The notes: a model not told the origin generated them from the letters alone. 60,832 nt of DNA from an uncultured bacterium (GCA_965366055.1 CBDUDY010000001.1:1-60832), one strand, 5' to 3'. Counted from the stretch's first letter, positions 9,652-20,643 are shown. Numbers and translations: made by a program.

Positions 9652-11580
9652 TTATGAAATTTCTTCTTGCAGGTTTTGATCAAAGCTACGTTTTCCAAAG
9701 ATATTTTCTAGATCATCTTTAAAAATCACTTCCTTTTCAATTAATATATCTGCTAGTTGAAATAATTTGTCTTTATTTTCTTCAAGAATAAGAATAGCTC
9801 GCTGATATTGACTTTCAATCAATAGTGAAATCTCTTCGTCAATTATTCGTGCAGTATCTTCAGAATATGGTTTAGAAAAGCCATAATCATTCTGACCAGA
9901 TGAATCGTAATATGTAACGTTACCTAACTTTTCGTTCAAACCGTAGACGGTTACCATAGCTCTAGCTTGCTTAGTTACTTTTTCAAGATCACTTAATGCA
10001 CCTGTAGAAATACGATTAAAAGTTACTTTCTCTGCAGCTCTTCCGCCCATCGTGGCACACATTTCGTCAAGCATTTGATCGGTACGAACTATAAGTCTTT
10101 CTTCTGGAAGATACCATGCAGCGCCTAAACTTTGTCCTCTAGGAACAATTGTTACCTTAATTAATGGAGCAGCATGCTCTAGCATCCAACTTACTGTTGC
10201 GTGCCCAGCTTCATGAATCGCTATTGCGCGTTTTTCATGTGGAGTAACAATTTTATTTTTCTTTTCTAGACCACCCACGATTCTATCAACAGCATCTAAG
10301 AAATCTTGCTTGTCTACAGCTTTTTTATCGTAACGAGCAGCAATTAATGCAGCTTCGTTACAAACATTTGCGATATCTGCGCCTGAGAAACCTGGAGTTT
10401 GTTTTGCTAGAAAATCAGTATCTAACGCCTCTTCTATTTTAAGAGGCTTTAGGTGCACTTCAAATATTTCTTTACGTTCTCTAATGTCTGGAAGATCAAC
10501 AAAAATTTGTCTGTCAAAACGTCCAGCACGCATCAATGCTTTGTCCAAAACGTCCGCTCTGTTTGTTGCAGCTAGAACAATAACATTAGAATTTGTTCCA
10601 AAACCGTCCATCTCAGTAAGAAGTTGATTTAATGTGTTTTCACGTTCATCATTAGAACCTGACATATTATTTTTTCCTCTTGCACGTCCTACAGCATCAA
10701 TTTCATCAATGAAAATGATTGCTGGAGATTTTTCCTTTGCTTGCTTAAATAAATCACGAACTCTTGAAGCTCCTACACCTACAAACATCTCAACAAAATC
10801 TGAACCAGAAAGTGAGAAGAAAGGTACTTGTGCTTCTCCCGCAACAGCTTTTGCTAATAAGGTTTTTCCTGTTCCTGGAGGGCCTACAAGTAAAGCTCCT
10901 TTTGGAATCTTACCTCCAAGATTCGTATACTTTTCGGGATTTTTTAGAAATTCTACAATTTCCTGAATTTCCTCTTTTGCTCCTTCAAGACCTGCTACAT
11001 CTTTAAAAGTCGTTTTAATATCTGTCTTTTCGTCAAATAACTTTGCTTTAGATTTTCCTATGTTGAATAGTTGACCGCCAGGACCACCTGCGCCACCACC
11101 AGACATTCTACGCATTATGAAAATCCAAATTGCAATAATTACGATAATTGGCAGAAAACCTACTAGTAGGTCTGTCCAATTACTCTGTTGCATAAAGCTA
11201 TAATCTTTTAGTTTCCCTTCAGCAACAGCAGTTTCAAGTTTCTTCTGGAAAATCTCGTCATTACCAATGTCAAAAACATAATGAGGACCTGGATTTGGTC
11301 TATTCAAAAGGTCTTTAGCAACAGCAGCGTGTTTCTTTTCTTTCAAAGCTTCAGGCGTAAGGTAAACTTCTGCCTGAGTTTTATTTAAAATATTCACCTT
11401 AGAAACATCTCCTTCTTCAAGGAACACATTAAATTTTGATGAAGATGTTTTCTGAGCATCCTGAAACGAAGATCCACCAGTTGCAAAGCTGATGGCTAGA
11501 AAAACAAACACAATTACTCCATAGACAAGCCATGGACTAATTTTGAATTTGCTCGGATTTGGATTATTATCTTTAGCCAT
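9652..11580 (-). CDS. ftsH: ATP-dependent zinc metalloprotease FtsH
   Basis: Two TM segments, [22 protein letters not shown] zinc motif. Confidence 0.99.
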   Translation of the reverse strand: MAKDNNPNPSKFKISPWLVYGVIVFVFLAISFATGGSSFQDAQKTSSSKFNVFLEEGDVSKVNILNKTQAEVYLTPEALKEKKHAAVAKDLLNRPNPGPHYVFDIGNDEIFQKKLETAVAEGKLKDYSFMQQSNWTDLLVGFLPIIVIIAIWIFIMRRMSGGGAGGPGGQLFNIGKSKAKLFDEKTDIKTTFKDVAGLEGAKEEIQEIVEFLKNPEKYTNLGGKIPKGALLVGPPGTGKTLLAKAVAGEAQVPFFSLSGSDFVEMFVGVGASRVRDLFKQAKEKSPAIIFIDEIDAVGRARGKNNMSGSNDERENTLNQLLTEMDGFGTNSNVIVLAATNRADVLDKALMRAGRFDRQIFVDLPDIRERKEIFEVHLKPLKIEEALDTDFLAKQTPGFSGADIANVCNEAALIAARYDKKAVDKQDFLDAVDRIVGGLEKKNKIVTPHEKRAIAIHEAGHATVSWMLEHAAPLIKVTIVPRGQSLGAAWYLPEERLIVRTDQMLDEMCATMGGRAAEKVTFNRISTGALSDLEKVTKQARAMVTVYGLNEKLGNVTYYDSSGQNDYGFSKPYSEDTARIIDEEISLLIESQYQRAILILEENKDKLFQLADILIEKEVIFKDDLENIFGKRSFDQNLQEEIS

Positions 11581-11585
11581 TAACT

Positions 11586-11957
11586 CTAATATTTATTTTC
11601 GATTGTTGTGATTTTAGCATCGCCCCATAAACTTTCTATATTATAGTACTCTCGAATATGTTTCTGGAAAACATGCACTACAATGTTTACGTAGTCCATA
11701 AGAACCCATTCAGCATTGTCAGATCCTTCAACATGCCAAGGTTTATCATGTAATTCTTTGGAAACGATTTTTTGAATTGAATTTACAATGGCATTAACTT
11801 GAGTGTTTGATGTTCCATTGCATACTACGAAGTAGTCGCACACCGAAGTGTCTATATCACGAAGATCTAAAATATCAATATCCTGTCCTTTAACTTCTTC
11901 AATTCCCTTTATGATGTTTGCTAGAAGAACATCATTGTTTATAGCTTTTTTAGTCAT
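11586..11957 (-). CDS. rsfS: Ribosome silencing factor
   Basis: KGQDI, CDYFVVC, WVLMDY, REYYNIESLW. Confidence 0.96.
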   Translation of the reverse strand: MTKKAINNDVLLANIIKGIEEVKGQDIDILDLRDIDTSVCDYFVVCNGTSNTQVNAIVNSIQKIVSKELHDKPWHVEGSDNAEWVLMDYVNIVVHVFQKHIREYYNIESLWGDAKITTIENKY

Positions 11958-12050
11958 TTATTTTTTTCTGTAATTGGCAAAGTTACCACTTTTTGTCTTT
12001 ATTTTTGAACCTTAACATAACATTAAATTAAGTTTTAAAAATATAGTTCT

Positions 12051-12779
12051 ATGCAGGTAATCAAACTCAATGCCATTCCTTCCACTAATGATTTTCTAAA
12101 AGAACTTATTCAAACTGGAAATGCGGAAAACTTTTGCTGCGTTGTTGCTGAGAATCAGACAAAAGGCCGTGGTCAAATGGGTGCATCATGGTCTGTCGAG
12201 GAAGGTAAGAACTTGACCTTTAGTCTCTATATTGAAAATATAATTGCGGATATCGCAGAAATTTATCTACTCAATGTAGCAGTTGCGGTGAGCATATTTA
12301 GAACATTAGAGCGGAATAATATCTCGAAAATTGCTATAAAATGGCCTAACGACATAATGGCAGATAATAAGAAACTAGGTGGAATTCTTATTGAGAACAG
12401 CATTAAAGGTGACGGAAGTATCACTTCGATTGTCGGAATAGGACTAAATGTGAATCAAAAATCATTTGAAAATATACCAACCGCCAGTTCTATGCTAATA
12501 AATGCGTCTAAGAATTTTGACAAAGAAGTGCTGCTGATGGATTTGCTTCAAGAACTTGAAACTACGATTGTTTCTATGAAATTTAATCGCGCCGAGTTAT
12601 GGAGTATTTATAAATCGAATCTATTTAGAAAGGATGTTCCTACTGTTTTCGAAATAGGAGATAGTGGCAGATTTATGGGAATAGTAAGAGATGTTAGTGC
12701 CCAAGGACTTCTAATAGTAGAACATGAAGATGAAAGTTTTCATCATTACAATATCAAGGAAATAAAAATGCTTTACTAA
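12051..12779 (+). CDS. birA: Biotin--[acetyl-CoA-carboxylase] ligase (no HTH)
   Basis: STND, QTKGRGQ, KWPND, KKLGGILIE, GIGLNV. Confidence 0.95.
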   Translation: MQVIKLNAIPSTNDFLKELIQTGNAENFCCVVAENQTKGRGQMGASWSVEEGKNLTFSLYIENIIADIAEIYLLNVAVAVSIFRTLERNNISKIAIKWPNDIMADNKKLGGILIENSIKGDGSITSIVGIGLNVNQKSFENIPTASSMLINASKNFDKEVLLMDLLQELETTIVSMKFNRAELWSIYKSNLFRKDVPTVFEIGDSGRFMGIVRDVSAQGLLIVEHEDESFHHYNIKEIKMLY

Positions 12780-12821
12780 AATCTGAAAATTAGTAAAGCA
12801 TTTAAATATAAATTTAGAAAA

Positions 12822-13214
12822 CTATAATTTGTCCATACTGGAAGATATAGATTCCATGAATTTTGTAATTGGTCCTTTTATCATCATCGCCATCATTGCG
12901 TTAAATTGTCCCTCGAAGCTTAATTGCACGTCCGTTACGTTTTCCGAAACTTCAGTCAAATTTGCAATTAATGAAAATGACATTTTTTCGTTGGCAGAAT
13001 CAAGAATAAGTCTACTATTGGGAACTCTCTCTTTCACTTTCAATTCGATTTCTGGCATTCCCTTCAACGAAAATTTAAATGTTTCAGGATTTACGATTTC
13101 AAATTTTTGAAGGCTACTCGGCATGAGCTTTTCAAAATTTTCAATGTTTGACAATGAATTGAAAATGCTTTCAGCTGACTTTTCTACAGTTGTCTTTGGA
13201 GTTTCTATATTCAT
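12822..13214 (-). CDS. SRPBCC/START-like family protein
   Basis: NFEKLMP...FNAMMAMMIKGP; typical gene downstream of pyrE in Flavobacteria. Confidence 0.7.
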   Translation of the reverse strand: MNIETPKTTVEKSAESIFNSLSNIENFEKLMPSSLQKFEIVNPETFKFSLKGMPEIELKVKERVPNSRLILDSANEKMSFSLIANLTEVSENVTDVQLSFEGQFNAMMAMMIKGPITKFMESISSSMDKL

Positions 13215-13245
13215 AATGATGCTAACTTTAATTTTTTTAATAGTA

Positions 13246-13893
13246 CTACACGGTGGCTTCCCAGTTTGCCGGATCCTTATTCCAAGCTTCTAAAGCCGAC
13301 AATTCTTCTTCAGTAATATATCGTTTAGCTACAGCTAATGGAAGAAGGTGATCATAATTGCTAAGTGTGAAAAGATCAACTTTTGCATTTTTGAAGTTTT
13401 CAGTTGCAGTTTCGAAACCATAACTAAAAATTGCAACCATACCTTTCACATTCGCTCCTGCTTCTCTAAGTGCAGCAACTGCATTAAGACTCGAATTTCC
13501 TGTGCTAATTAGATCTTCGATCACAACAACATTTTGTCCTTTTTGCAAAAAACCTTCAACCTGATTTAGACGTCCATGCTTTTTGGCTTCCGGTCTAACG
13601 TACACAAATGGAAGTCCCATATATTCGGCAACCAAAACACCAATACCTATAGCGCCTGTGGCAACTCCGGCAATGACATCTGGTTTTCCAAATTGTTTTT
13701 CAATATTCTTTGCAATCGACTCGCGAATATAATTTCGGATAGGTGGAAATGACAACGTCATTCTATTATCACAGTATATTGGAGATTTCCATCCTGAAGC
13801 CCATGTAAAAGGATTTTTAGGATTCAATTTAATTGCATTTATTTGCAGAAGTAGTTCGGCAGTTTTCTCGGCTGTATCTTTAGTAAAAATCAT
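13246..13893 (-). CDS. pyrE: Orotate phosphoribosyltransferase
   Basis: FTWASGWKSPIYCDNR, VVVIEDLISTG PRPP motif; start MIFTKD at 13893. Confidence 0.97.
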   Translation of the reverse strand: MIFTKDTAEKTAELLLQINAIKLNPKNPFTWASGWKSPIYCDNRMTLSFPPIRNYIRESIAKNIEKQFGKPDVIAGVATGAIGIGVLVAEYMGLPFVYVRPEAKKHGRLNQVEGFLQKGQNVVVIEDLISTGNSSLNAVAALREAGANVKGMVAIFSYGFETATENFKNAKVDLFTLSNYDHLLPLAVAKRYITEEELSALEAWNKDPANWEATV

Positions 13894-13900
13894 AGTACAA

Positions 13901-14491
13901 ATGTATAAAGTTTTCGTAAACGACAAGCCTCTTTTTCTCACAAATGAGATAATAAAAGAAACAGATTTTCAGATGTTCCTTTTGGACAGCGTCGATATCA
14001 AGCAATTGATCTCAAAAATGTTTCATAATAAAATTCAAAAAGCATATTTATATCATTCGGATGCAAAGGAAATCATGAAGGTTCTTAAGTCTAAAATCCC
14101 AGTACAAAAGGCGGGGGGCGGACTTGTATACAATGAAAACGGCGATGTTTTATTTATTTTCCGCAACGGAAAATGGGATTTGCCCAAAGGCGGAACAGAA
14201 AAAGGAGAGGATATTGAAGAAACTGCAATGCGTGAAGTGGAAGAAGAAACAGGTGTTGCAGGATTAAAAATTACTGAAAGATTGCAAAAAACCTACCACA
14301 TTTTTAAACGAAATGGCGAATATAAATTAAAGATAACACATTGGTTTCAAATGCATACAAGTCATGATGGCCAACTTGTAGGTCAACTTGATGAAGGTAT
14401 TGAGAAGGTGGAGTGGATCAAACCCAAAGACATTCCTTTTGCATTGTCCAATTCTTATGAGAATATTAAATTGTTGTTTGAAATAGAATAA
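13901..14491 (+). CDS. NUDIX hydrolase
   Basis: Nudix box GGTEKGEDIEETAMREVEEETG. Confidence 0.93.
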   Translation: MYKVFVNDKPLFLTNEIIKETDFQMFLLDSVDIKQLISKMFHNKIQKAYLYHSDAKEIMKVLKSKIPVQKAGGGLVYNENGDVLFIFRNGKWDLPKGGTEKGEDIEETAMREVEEETGVAGLKITERLQKTYHIFKRNGEYKLKITHWFQMHTSHDGQLVGQLDEGIEKVEWIKPKDIPFALSNSYENIKLLFEIE

Positions 14492-14614
14492 TTTTTTTAC
14501 GTGTAATTTTTAATAATTCTTCCTTCTGAGTTAGGAAAGAACCTATTTCTTAGTAAAAATTTTAAATAATGACGCTTTTTTTTGTTTTTGTATTTTTCTT
14601 CGAATGTTACTTAG

Positions 14615-14622
14615 TAAATTTG
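14615..14622 (+). promoter_or_regulatory. Bacteroidota -7 promoter element (likely leaderless mRNA)
   Basis: TAAATTTG ends 4 nt before the helicase ATG at 14627. Confidence 0.65.
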
Positions 14623-14626
14623 CGCC

Positions 14627-15973
14627 ATGAATAATAATGTACACTCCAATAATATACTTCTTAATTTAGGCATTGAAGAACTTAATGAAATGCAAGAAGT
14701 TGCTCAAGATGCAATTCTTGATAGTAGCGACGTTCTTTTACTGTCGCCTACAGGATCAGGGAAGACACTTGCTTTTTTACTTCCTATTTTTCAAACCTTG
14801 AGCGAGGAATCGAATAAAGTTCAATGTTTAATACTTGTGCCTTCTCGAGAATTAGCTTTGCAAATTGAACAAGTATGGAAAAAAATGGGAACTTCCTTCA
14901 AAGTAAATACTTGTTATGGAGGTCATTCTATAGAAACTGAAATTAAGAATCTTAGCAATCCGCCAGCGCTATTAATTGGTACGCCAGGTCGAATTGCTGA
15001 CCATATTGATCGCGGGACTTTTGAAACAGATTCTATCAAAACACTTATTCTAGACGAATTTGATAAATCTCTGCAACTTGGATTTCACGAGCAAATGTCA
15101 TTTATTATTGCACGTTTGCCAAAGGTAAATAAAAGAGTAATGGTTTCTGCAACTGACGGAATCGAGATTCCAAAATATACAAAGGTTCATAAACCAGTAG
15201 TTTTAAATTTTCTATCAGACAACGAAGATGATACAAATCTAGCGACGAAACTTGTAGTGTCACCAGAAAAAGACAAACTAGAAACCTTATTTAATTTAGT
15301 TTGTAGCTTCAAATCTGAATCAGCAATTATTTTTTGTAATCACCGGGATGCCGCTGAGCGCATAAGTGATTTGCTAAATGAAAAAGGAGTAAGCGTTACC
15401 TATTACCACGGCGGAATGGATCAAGACGAGCGTGAAAGAGCGCTTATTCAGTTTCGAAATGGAAGCGTTCGTTACCTTGTAACAACAGATCTAGCTGCTC
15501 GTGGATTGGATATTCCAGATATGAAACACGTTGTACATTATCATTTACCATCAAAAGTAGATGAGTACACACACCGTAATGGTCGTACTGCAAGGATGAC
15601 TGCTTCTGGTACTGCTTATATTCTTTATAATGAAGCTGAGAAAAAAGCAGATTATTTAGATTATAAAATGCCAACTTTAGATGTAAAAATCTTTACAACT
15701 TTGCCAAAAGCTCCCGACTATAAAACTGTTTATATAAGTGGTGGGAAAAAGAATAAGCTTAACAAAATAGATATTGTTGGTTTTTTTGGACAAATAGGCG
15801 GTTTAGATAAATCTGACATCGGAATTATTGAAGTCAAAGATTTCATCTCATTTGTAGCTGTAAAATCTTCAAAAGTGGCGAATTTGCTGACTGCCATTCG
15901 AGATAAAAAGATGAAAGGCAAAAAATACAAAATTGAAGTAGCTAGAAACGTAGTAAAGAAAGAAGAGCAATAA
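14627..15973 (+). CDS. DEAD/DEAH box RNA helicase with DbpA-type C-terminal RNA-binding domain
   Basis: SPTGSGKT, PSRELA, DEFD, SAT, ARGLD, HRNGRTAR; GGKKNKLNKIDIVG. Confidence 0.93.
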   Translation: MNNNVHSNNILLNLGIEELNEMQEVAQDAILDSSDVLLLSPTGSGKTLAFLLPIFQTLSEESNKVQCLILVPSRELALQIEQVWKKMGTSFKVNTCYGGHSIETEIKNLSNPPALLIGTPGRIADHIDRGTFETDSIKTLILDEFDKSLQLGFHEQMSFIIARLPKVNKRVMVSATDGIEIPKYTKVHKPVVLNFLSDNEDDTNLATKLVVSPEKDKLETLFNLVCSFKSESAIIFCNHRDAAERISDLLNEKGVSVTYYHGGMDQDERERALIQFRNGSVRYLVTTDLAARGLDIPDMKHVVHYHLPSKVDEYTHRNGRTARMTASGTAYILYNEAEKKADYLDYKMPTLDVKIFTTLPKAPDYKTVYISGGKKNKLNKIDIVGFFGQIGGLDKSDIGIIEVKDFISFVAVKSSKVANLLTAIRDKKMKGKKYKIEVARNVVKKEEQ

Positions 15974-16012
15974 GATATTCTTTTGAACTTAAATTTCAAT
16001 TTTTCTATAAAT

Positions 16013-16058
16013 AAAAACGGTTTTCATTCTTAGTATTTGAATGAAAACCGTTTTTTTT
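16013..16058. terminator. Bidirectional intrinsic terminator
   Basis: AAAAACGGTTTTCATTC...GAATGAAAACCGTTTTTTTT. Confidence 0.85.
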
Positions 16059-16077
16059 AATTTTATCGGACTATAAT

Positions 16078-16644
16078 TTATAATTTCTTGACATACTGAG
16101 TAATAATAACAATTTGTTGCCCATCTACACGACCTTCAATAAATGTTTCGTTTTCGTGATCAAGACGAATATTACGAACGGCGGTACCTTGTTTTGCAAC
16201 CATACTTGAACCTTTCACTTTTAAATCTTTGATTAGTACAACAGAATCTCCAGTATTTAAGACAACTCCATTACTATCGCGGTGTACTAATTTGTTTTCA
16301 TCTTCCTCACCTTCAGCAGTAGCTTTTGCCCACTCCAAAGTCTCTTCGTCCATGTAGATCTGCTCTGCCAATTCGTGATTGCCAAAACGTTTTAATAATC
16401 GGTATGACATTACTTGAACAGGAATATGCTCGCTCCACATGCTATCATTTAAACATCTCCAGTGATTTGCATCTGCGCTTTCGGGATTCTCTATCTGATC
16501 GATACAAGTTTGGCACAAATAAATACTTTCGTCAAGTCCAGCTTTTTTTTGCGGAAGGATGTCGTATTGTTTTAAATTTTCTGTAGATCCACAAAGTTCG
16601 CAAGCACCATTACTACGTTTGTTTAATTCTCTTTCTAAGTTCAT
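16078..16644 (-). CDS. PhnA/YjdM domain protein with N-terminal zinc ribbon
   Basis: CELC...CQTC, HWRCLNDSMWSE, DSNGVVLNTGDSVVLIKDLKVKG. Confidence 0.88.
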   Translation of the reverse strand: MNLERELNKRSNGACELCGSTENLKQYDILPQKKAGLDESIYLCQTCIDQIENPESADANHWRCLNDSMWSEHIPVQVMSYRLLKRFGNHELAEQIYMDEETLEWAKATAEGEEDENKLVHRDSNGVVLNTGDSVVLIKDLKVKGSSMVAKQGTAVRNIRLDHENETFIEGRVDGQQIVIITQYVKKL

Positions 16645-16685
16645 TCTATCTTAATTTATGTCCGCAAAACTATTTTGCGGGATTT

Positions 16686-17147
16686 CTATTTACTATTTGT
16701 TCTAACTGCCTCTGGGACAAGTAAAGTGTAATCACCACCATTTCTAATAACATCTCTTACAATACTTGAACTGATATAGGAAGTGTTTGCTGCAGTTAAC
16801 AAGAAAACAGTTTCAATTTTAGAAAGTTTTCTGTTGGTGTGCGCGATTGCTTTTTCGAATTCAAAATCTGCGGGATTTCGCAAACCACGTAATATAAATG
16901 CTGCGTCCAATTTCTCACAAAGATCAATTGTAAGACCAGTATAATCTACAATTTTTATATTTGGCACATCCTTAAAAGTTTCTTCTAAAAATTTTTTACG
17001 TTCTTCAAGTGTAAACATATATTTCTTCTCGGCATTAATACCAATGGCTACAATTATTTCGTCAAATAATGGCAATCCGCGGTTGATGATATCTAAATGT
17101 CCTAGAGTAACTGGATCAAAAGACCCTGGGAAAACTGCTCTTCTCAT
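16686..17147 (-). CDS. coaD: Phosphopantetheine adenylyltransferase
   Basis: FPGSFDPVTLGH, RGLR, ISSSIVR. Confidence 0.98.
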   Translation of the reverse strand: MRRAVFPGSFDPVTLGHLDIINRGLPLFDEIIVAIGINAEKKYMFTLEERKKFLEETFKDVPNIKIVDYTGLTIDLCEKLDAAFILRGLRNPADFEFEKAIAHTNRKLSKIETVFLLTAANTSYISSSIVRDVIRNGGDYTLLVPEAVRTNSK

Positions 17148-17162
17148 TTTAAATGTATTTTG

Positions 17163-17852
17163 TTAGGAAATGCGTTTTGTTCGAATTGCTTCAACCCATT
17201 CTTCTTTTTTACAAATTCTGCATATTTCTTTTCCTACAGGAAGTTCTTCCACATTACCACAATGGGCACATGCAAAAATTCCGTTGTGAGAAATGTCTTT
17301 TACTTTTTTCGAAAATAGATGTGGTAGAATAGGCAAGCCATATTTGACCGCATCGTCATCATAAAAAAAGATGCTTACTTCTCCAGTAGTTTCAAGATAG
17401 GCATATTCAACTTGACCAAGATGCGATATTGATTGTTGACGAAGTTCTGAAAAAAATTCATCCTGTGCCAAAGATTCTTTATTAAAGGTGTCGACTGCAA
17501 ATTTTCCGTCCTTAATAAAACACTCTGTTTTTCCTTCCATAAAATGCTCAAATCTCTTGCTTTTTCCAGTCAACCAAGTCAGAAGTCGGTAGCAAACAAT
17601 AACTACCAAGAAGACAGTTAAGGCTGGAAGAATAGCTACTTCTTCATAAAACATTGGATCTCCCGCTGCGGAACCTAAAGCAATGATGATAACAGTTTCA
17701 AAAACAGATAATTCCCGAACGCCCCGTTTTCCGGTAAGCTTTAAGGTTAATAATAACACTACGAACATAATGAACGTACGAAAACTAACTTCAATCAAAA
17801 AGACTAAAGACTTATCGAAAAGAAAAATTTGCTCCCAATCCAATGATTCCAT
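17163..17852 (-). CDS. DUF421 (YetF/YcaP) membrane protein with C-terminal CxxC pairs
   Basis: GKRGVRELS, GSAAGDPMFY, AYLETTGEVS; CAHC...CRIC. Confidence 0.88.
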   Translation of the reverse strand: MESLDWEQIFLFDKSLVFLIEVSFRTFIMFVVLLLTLKLTGKRGVRELSVFETVIIIALGSAAGDPMFYEEVAILPALTVFLVVIVCYRLLTWLTGKSKRFEHFMEGKTECFIKDGKFAVDTFNKESLAQDEFFSELRQQSISHLGQVEYAYLETTGEVSIFFYDDDAVKYGLPILPHLFSKKVKDISHNGIFACAHCGNVEELPVGKEICRICKKEEWVEAIRTKRIS

Positions 17853-17856
17853 CTTT

Positions 17857-18831
17857 TTAATTCTTTAAAGCCATTTCGATGCTGTTCGAAAATAAATCTT
17901 TGAGCGATATTCCAGCTTTTTCTGCTTGCTGCGGCAAAAGACTTTCGGTTGTAAGTCCAGGGACAGTATTCACTTCGAGCAGGTGCGGCTCTTCATTTAC
18001 AATTATAAATTCGCTACGGCTAAAACCTTGCATTTTTAAAATTTCGTAAATCCGTTTTGAGATCTTCTGAACTTTTAATGTCATTTGATCAGAAATTCTT
18101 GCAGGCGTAATTTCTTGAGATTTACCTAGATATTTCGCTTCATAATCAAAGAAATCATTCTCAGATACGATTTCTGTTACAGGCAAAACCATTACTTCAT
18201 TGTTGTATTTAATCACGCCAACAGAAACTTCTGTACCATCAAGAAAACTTTCAATAATTATTTCATCATCTTCCTTGTATGCAACTTTTATCGCTTGTTC
18301 CATTTCATCCTGCGTTTTTACTTTAGAAATTCCAAAGCTAGATCCAGACTTATTAGGTTTCACAAAACAAGGTAGGCCAACTGTTTTTACAATTTCGCCA
18401 GTATTTATTTCGTCTCCTTGATTTAAATAATAAGAAGTAGCAGTTTTTATTCCGTAAGGTTTTAGTACAGAAAGTAAGTCGCGCTTATTAAAAGTAAGTG
18501 CTGCTTGATAGTAGTTGCATGAGTTTTGAGGAATTCCGAGTAATTCAAAATAAGCTTGCATAAGTCCATCTTCGCCCGGCGTACCGTGAATTGCGTTGAA
18601 TACAGCATCAAAAACAACCTTCTTTCCACTAACCTGAATAGAGAAATCATTTTTGTCTACAGGCGATAGATTTTCGCTTTCATCACAATAAAACCATCCT
18701 TCCTTAAGAATATGGATTCGATAGGCGCGATATTTTGACTTGTCCAAGTTGTTAAACACCACATTACCACTTATTAATGAGATTTGAACTTCGCTAGAAT
18801 AGCCGCCCATAATGATGGCAATATTTTTCAT
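17857..18831 (-). CDS. ddl: D-alanine--D-alanine ligase
   Basis: GGYSSE, IHGTPGEDG, GSSFG, FFDYEAKY, EVNTVPG. Confidence 0.97.
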   Translation of the reverse strand: MKNIAIIMGGYSSEVQISLISGNVVFNNLDKSKYRAYRIHILKEGWFYCDESENLSPVDKNDFSIQVSGKKVVFDAVFNAIHGTPGEDGLMQAYFELLGIPQNSCNYYQAALTFNKRDLLSVLKPYGIKTATSYYLNQGDEINTGEIVKTVGLPCFVKPNKSGSSFGISKVKTQDEMEQAIKVAYKEDDEIIIESFLDGTEVSVGVIKYNNEVMVLPVTEIVSENDFFDYEAKYLGKSQEITPARISDQMTLKVQKISKRIYEILKMQGFSRSEFIIVNEEPHLLEVNTVPGLTTESLLPQQAEKAGISLKDLFSNSIEMALKN

Positions 18832-18944
18832 ACTAATGAGTTTGTTTAAAGGGTGAAGAGGTTGATTTATGCAACAAATTTATCAATTTTTTTCAAATGA
18901 ATACCCTTTAGTATTTTTATATCTTTGCGACAAATTAAATAATT

Positions 18945-19550
18945 ATGAGTTTACGAAAATATCTGACCAGCCGCGTTTTCTTTATGCAAATTGCAGCTGC
19001 TATTGCCATAATCGCAGCCCTAGTTTTTGCCTTTATTTTTTGGTTAGACAGCACTACAAATCACGGTCAAGAAATAGAAGTTCCGGATCTGCGCAAACTT
19101 ACCGAGCAGCAAGTCAAAGATAAAGTTGAGGAATTAAATCTAAATTATGTATTGCTTGATAGCGTCGATTTTCATAAAGGATATCCTAAGTTTAGCGTGG
19201 TCGAGCAAGATCCGCTGCCGGGAACGAAAGTAAAAGAGGATAGAAAGATTTACATCAAAATTAATTCATCTGGATTTACTTCTGTCATTATTCCTGACTT
19301 AATCGAGAAAACGTTTAGACAAGCATCGCCAACACTTCTTGCAATGGGACTTGAAATAGGCGAGATCACCTACGTTCCGTATTTAGGAAAAGATATGGTG
19401 AGACAACTTAAACAGAATGGAAAAGTATTGAAAGCAGGAGATAAAGTTATGAAGACATCAAAAATTGATGTTGTGCTGGGCGACGGAAAAGTAGCATTTG
19501 ACGAAAATGACATGAATGATTCTTTAGATAGTAGTACCGATGGTGAATAA
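18945..19550 (+). CDS. PASTA domain-containing membrane protein
   Basis: N-terminal TM; VPDL...EQDPLPG and IPDL PASTA repeats. Confidence 0.9.
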   Translation: MSLRKYLTSRVFFMQIAAAIAIIAALVFAFIFWLDSTTNHGQEIEVPDLRKLTEQQVKDKVEELNLNYVLLDSVDFHKGYPKFSVVEQDPLPGTKVKEDRKIYIKINSSGFTSVIIPDLIEKTFRQASPTLLAMGLEIGEITYVPYLGKDMVRQLKQNGKVLKAGDKVMKTSKIDVVLGDGKVAFDENDMNDSLDSSTDGE

Positions 19551-20580
19551 TATAGATGACAACGTAGAAGACGACACTCTTTTCGAACATTTTAGATTTG
19601 AAATTCCAAAAGGTCAATTGTTGTTGCGAATCGATAAGTACTTGATGAATATGATTCAGAATTCAACTCGTAATAAAATTCAAAGTGCTGCTGCTGCTGG
19701 TGACATTTATGTGAATGATGTTGCGGTTAAATCCAATTATAAAGTAAAACCAGGAGATGTAATCCGAATTTTGCTGACACATCCTCCTTACGAAAACCGA
19801 ATAGATCCCGAAGATATTCCGTTGAATATCGTTTATGAAGACGACGCTTTATTACTTATTAATAAGGAAGCGGGAATGGTTGTGCATCCAGGACACGGAA
19901 ATTATACTGGAACTTTGGTACACGCGCTAGCATTTCACTTTGATAATCTCCCGATGAATAGTAGTGAACGCCCGGGATTGGTACATAGAATTGACAAAGA
20001 CACTTCTGGATTGCTTGTTATAGCCAAAACCGAAGCTGCCATGACCCATCTTGCGAAGCAGTTTGAAGCAAAAACTTCTGAGCGTGAATATATTGCCCTT
20101 GTCTGGGGAAATGTCAAGGAAGATGAAGGTACCATTACAGGAAATATTGCTAGACACGTCAAAGATCGCATGCAAATGGCGGTTTTTGAAGATGAAACTA
20201 TCGGGAAACCTGCCGTTACACACTATAAAGTGTTGGAGCGTTTGGGATATGTAACTTTGATTTCATGTAAATTGGAGACGGGTCGTACGCACCAAATTCG
20301 TGTGCATCTGAAACATATCGGCCATACTTTATTTAACGACGAGCGTTATGGCGGTCATTTAATTTTGAAAGGCACCACTTTTACCAAGTACAAACAGTTT
20401 GTAGAAAATTGCTTTAAAATTTTGCCGCGTCAGGCATTACACGCAAAAACACTTGGTTTTGTGCATCCTACAACTGGCGAAATGATGCGCTTTGATACAG
20501 AGTTACCATCAGATTTGGCAGATGTTATTGAAAAATGGCGTGGTTACGCGCAAAGCAAAAGTATAGAAGAAGAAGAGTAA
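19540..20580 (+). CDS. rluD: RluA/RluD family 23S rRNA pseudouridine synthase
   Basis: S4 domain, HRIDKDTSG catalytic motif, GRTHQIRVH, RQALHA. Confidence 0.92.
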   Translation: MVNNIDDNVEDDTLFEHFRFEIPKGQLLLRIDKYLMNMIQNSTRNKIQSAAAAGDIYVNDVAVKSNYKVKPGDVIRILLTHPPYENRIDPEDIPLNIVYEDDALLLINKEAGMVVHPGHGNYTGTLVHALAFHFDNLPMNSSERPGLVHRIDKDTSGLLVIAKTEAAMTHLAKQFEAKTSEREYIALVWGNVKEDEGTITGNIARHVKDRMQMAVFEDETIGKPAVTHYKVLERLGYVTLISCKLETGRTHQIRVHLKHIGHTLFNDERYGGHLILKGTTFTKYKQFVENCFKILPRQALHAKTLGFVHPTTGEMMRFDTELPSDLADVIEKWRGYAQSKSIEEEE

Positions 20581-20603
20581 TTCACTTTTTAAATTTAGAT
20601 ATT

Positions 20604-20642
20604 AATGACCTGAAGTAATAATATTTTAGGTCATTTTTTTTT
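20604..20642 (+). terminator. Intrinsic terminator
   Basis: AATGACCTGAA...TTTAGGTCATT followed by a T-tract. Confidence 0.75.
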
Positions 20643-20643
20643 G

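Noticed and set aside
13894..13941. Extended pyrE N-terminus from the ORF track
   Set aside because: Overlaps the NUDIX gene; MIFTKD at 13893 fits the family and the promoter position
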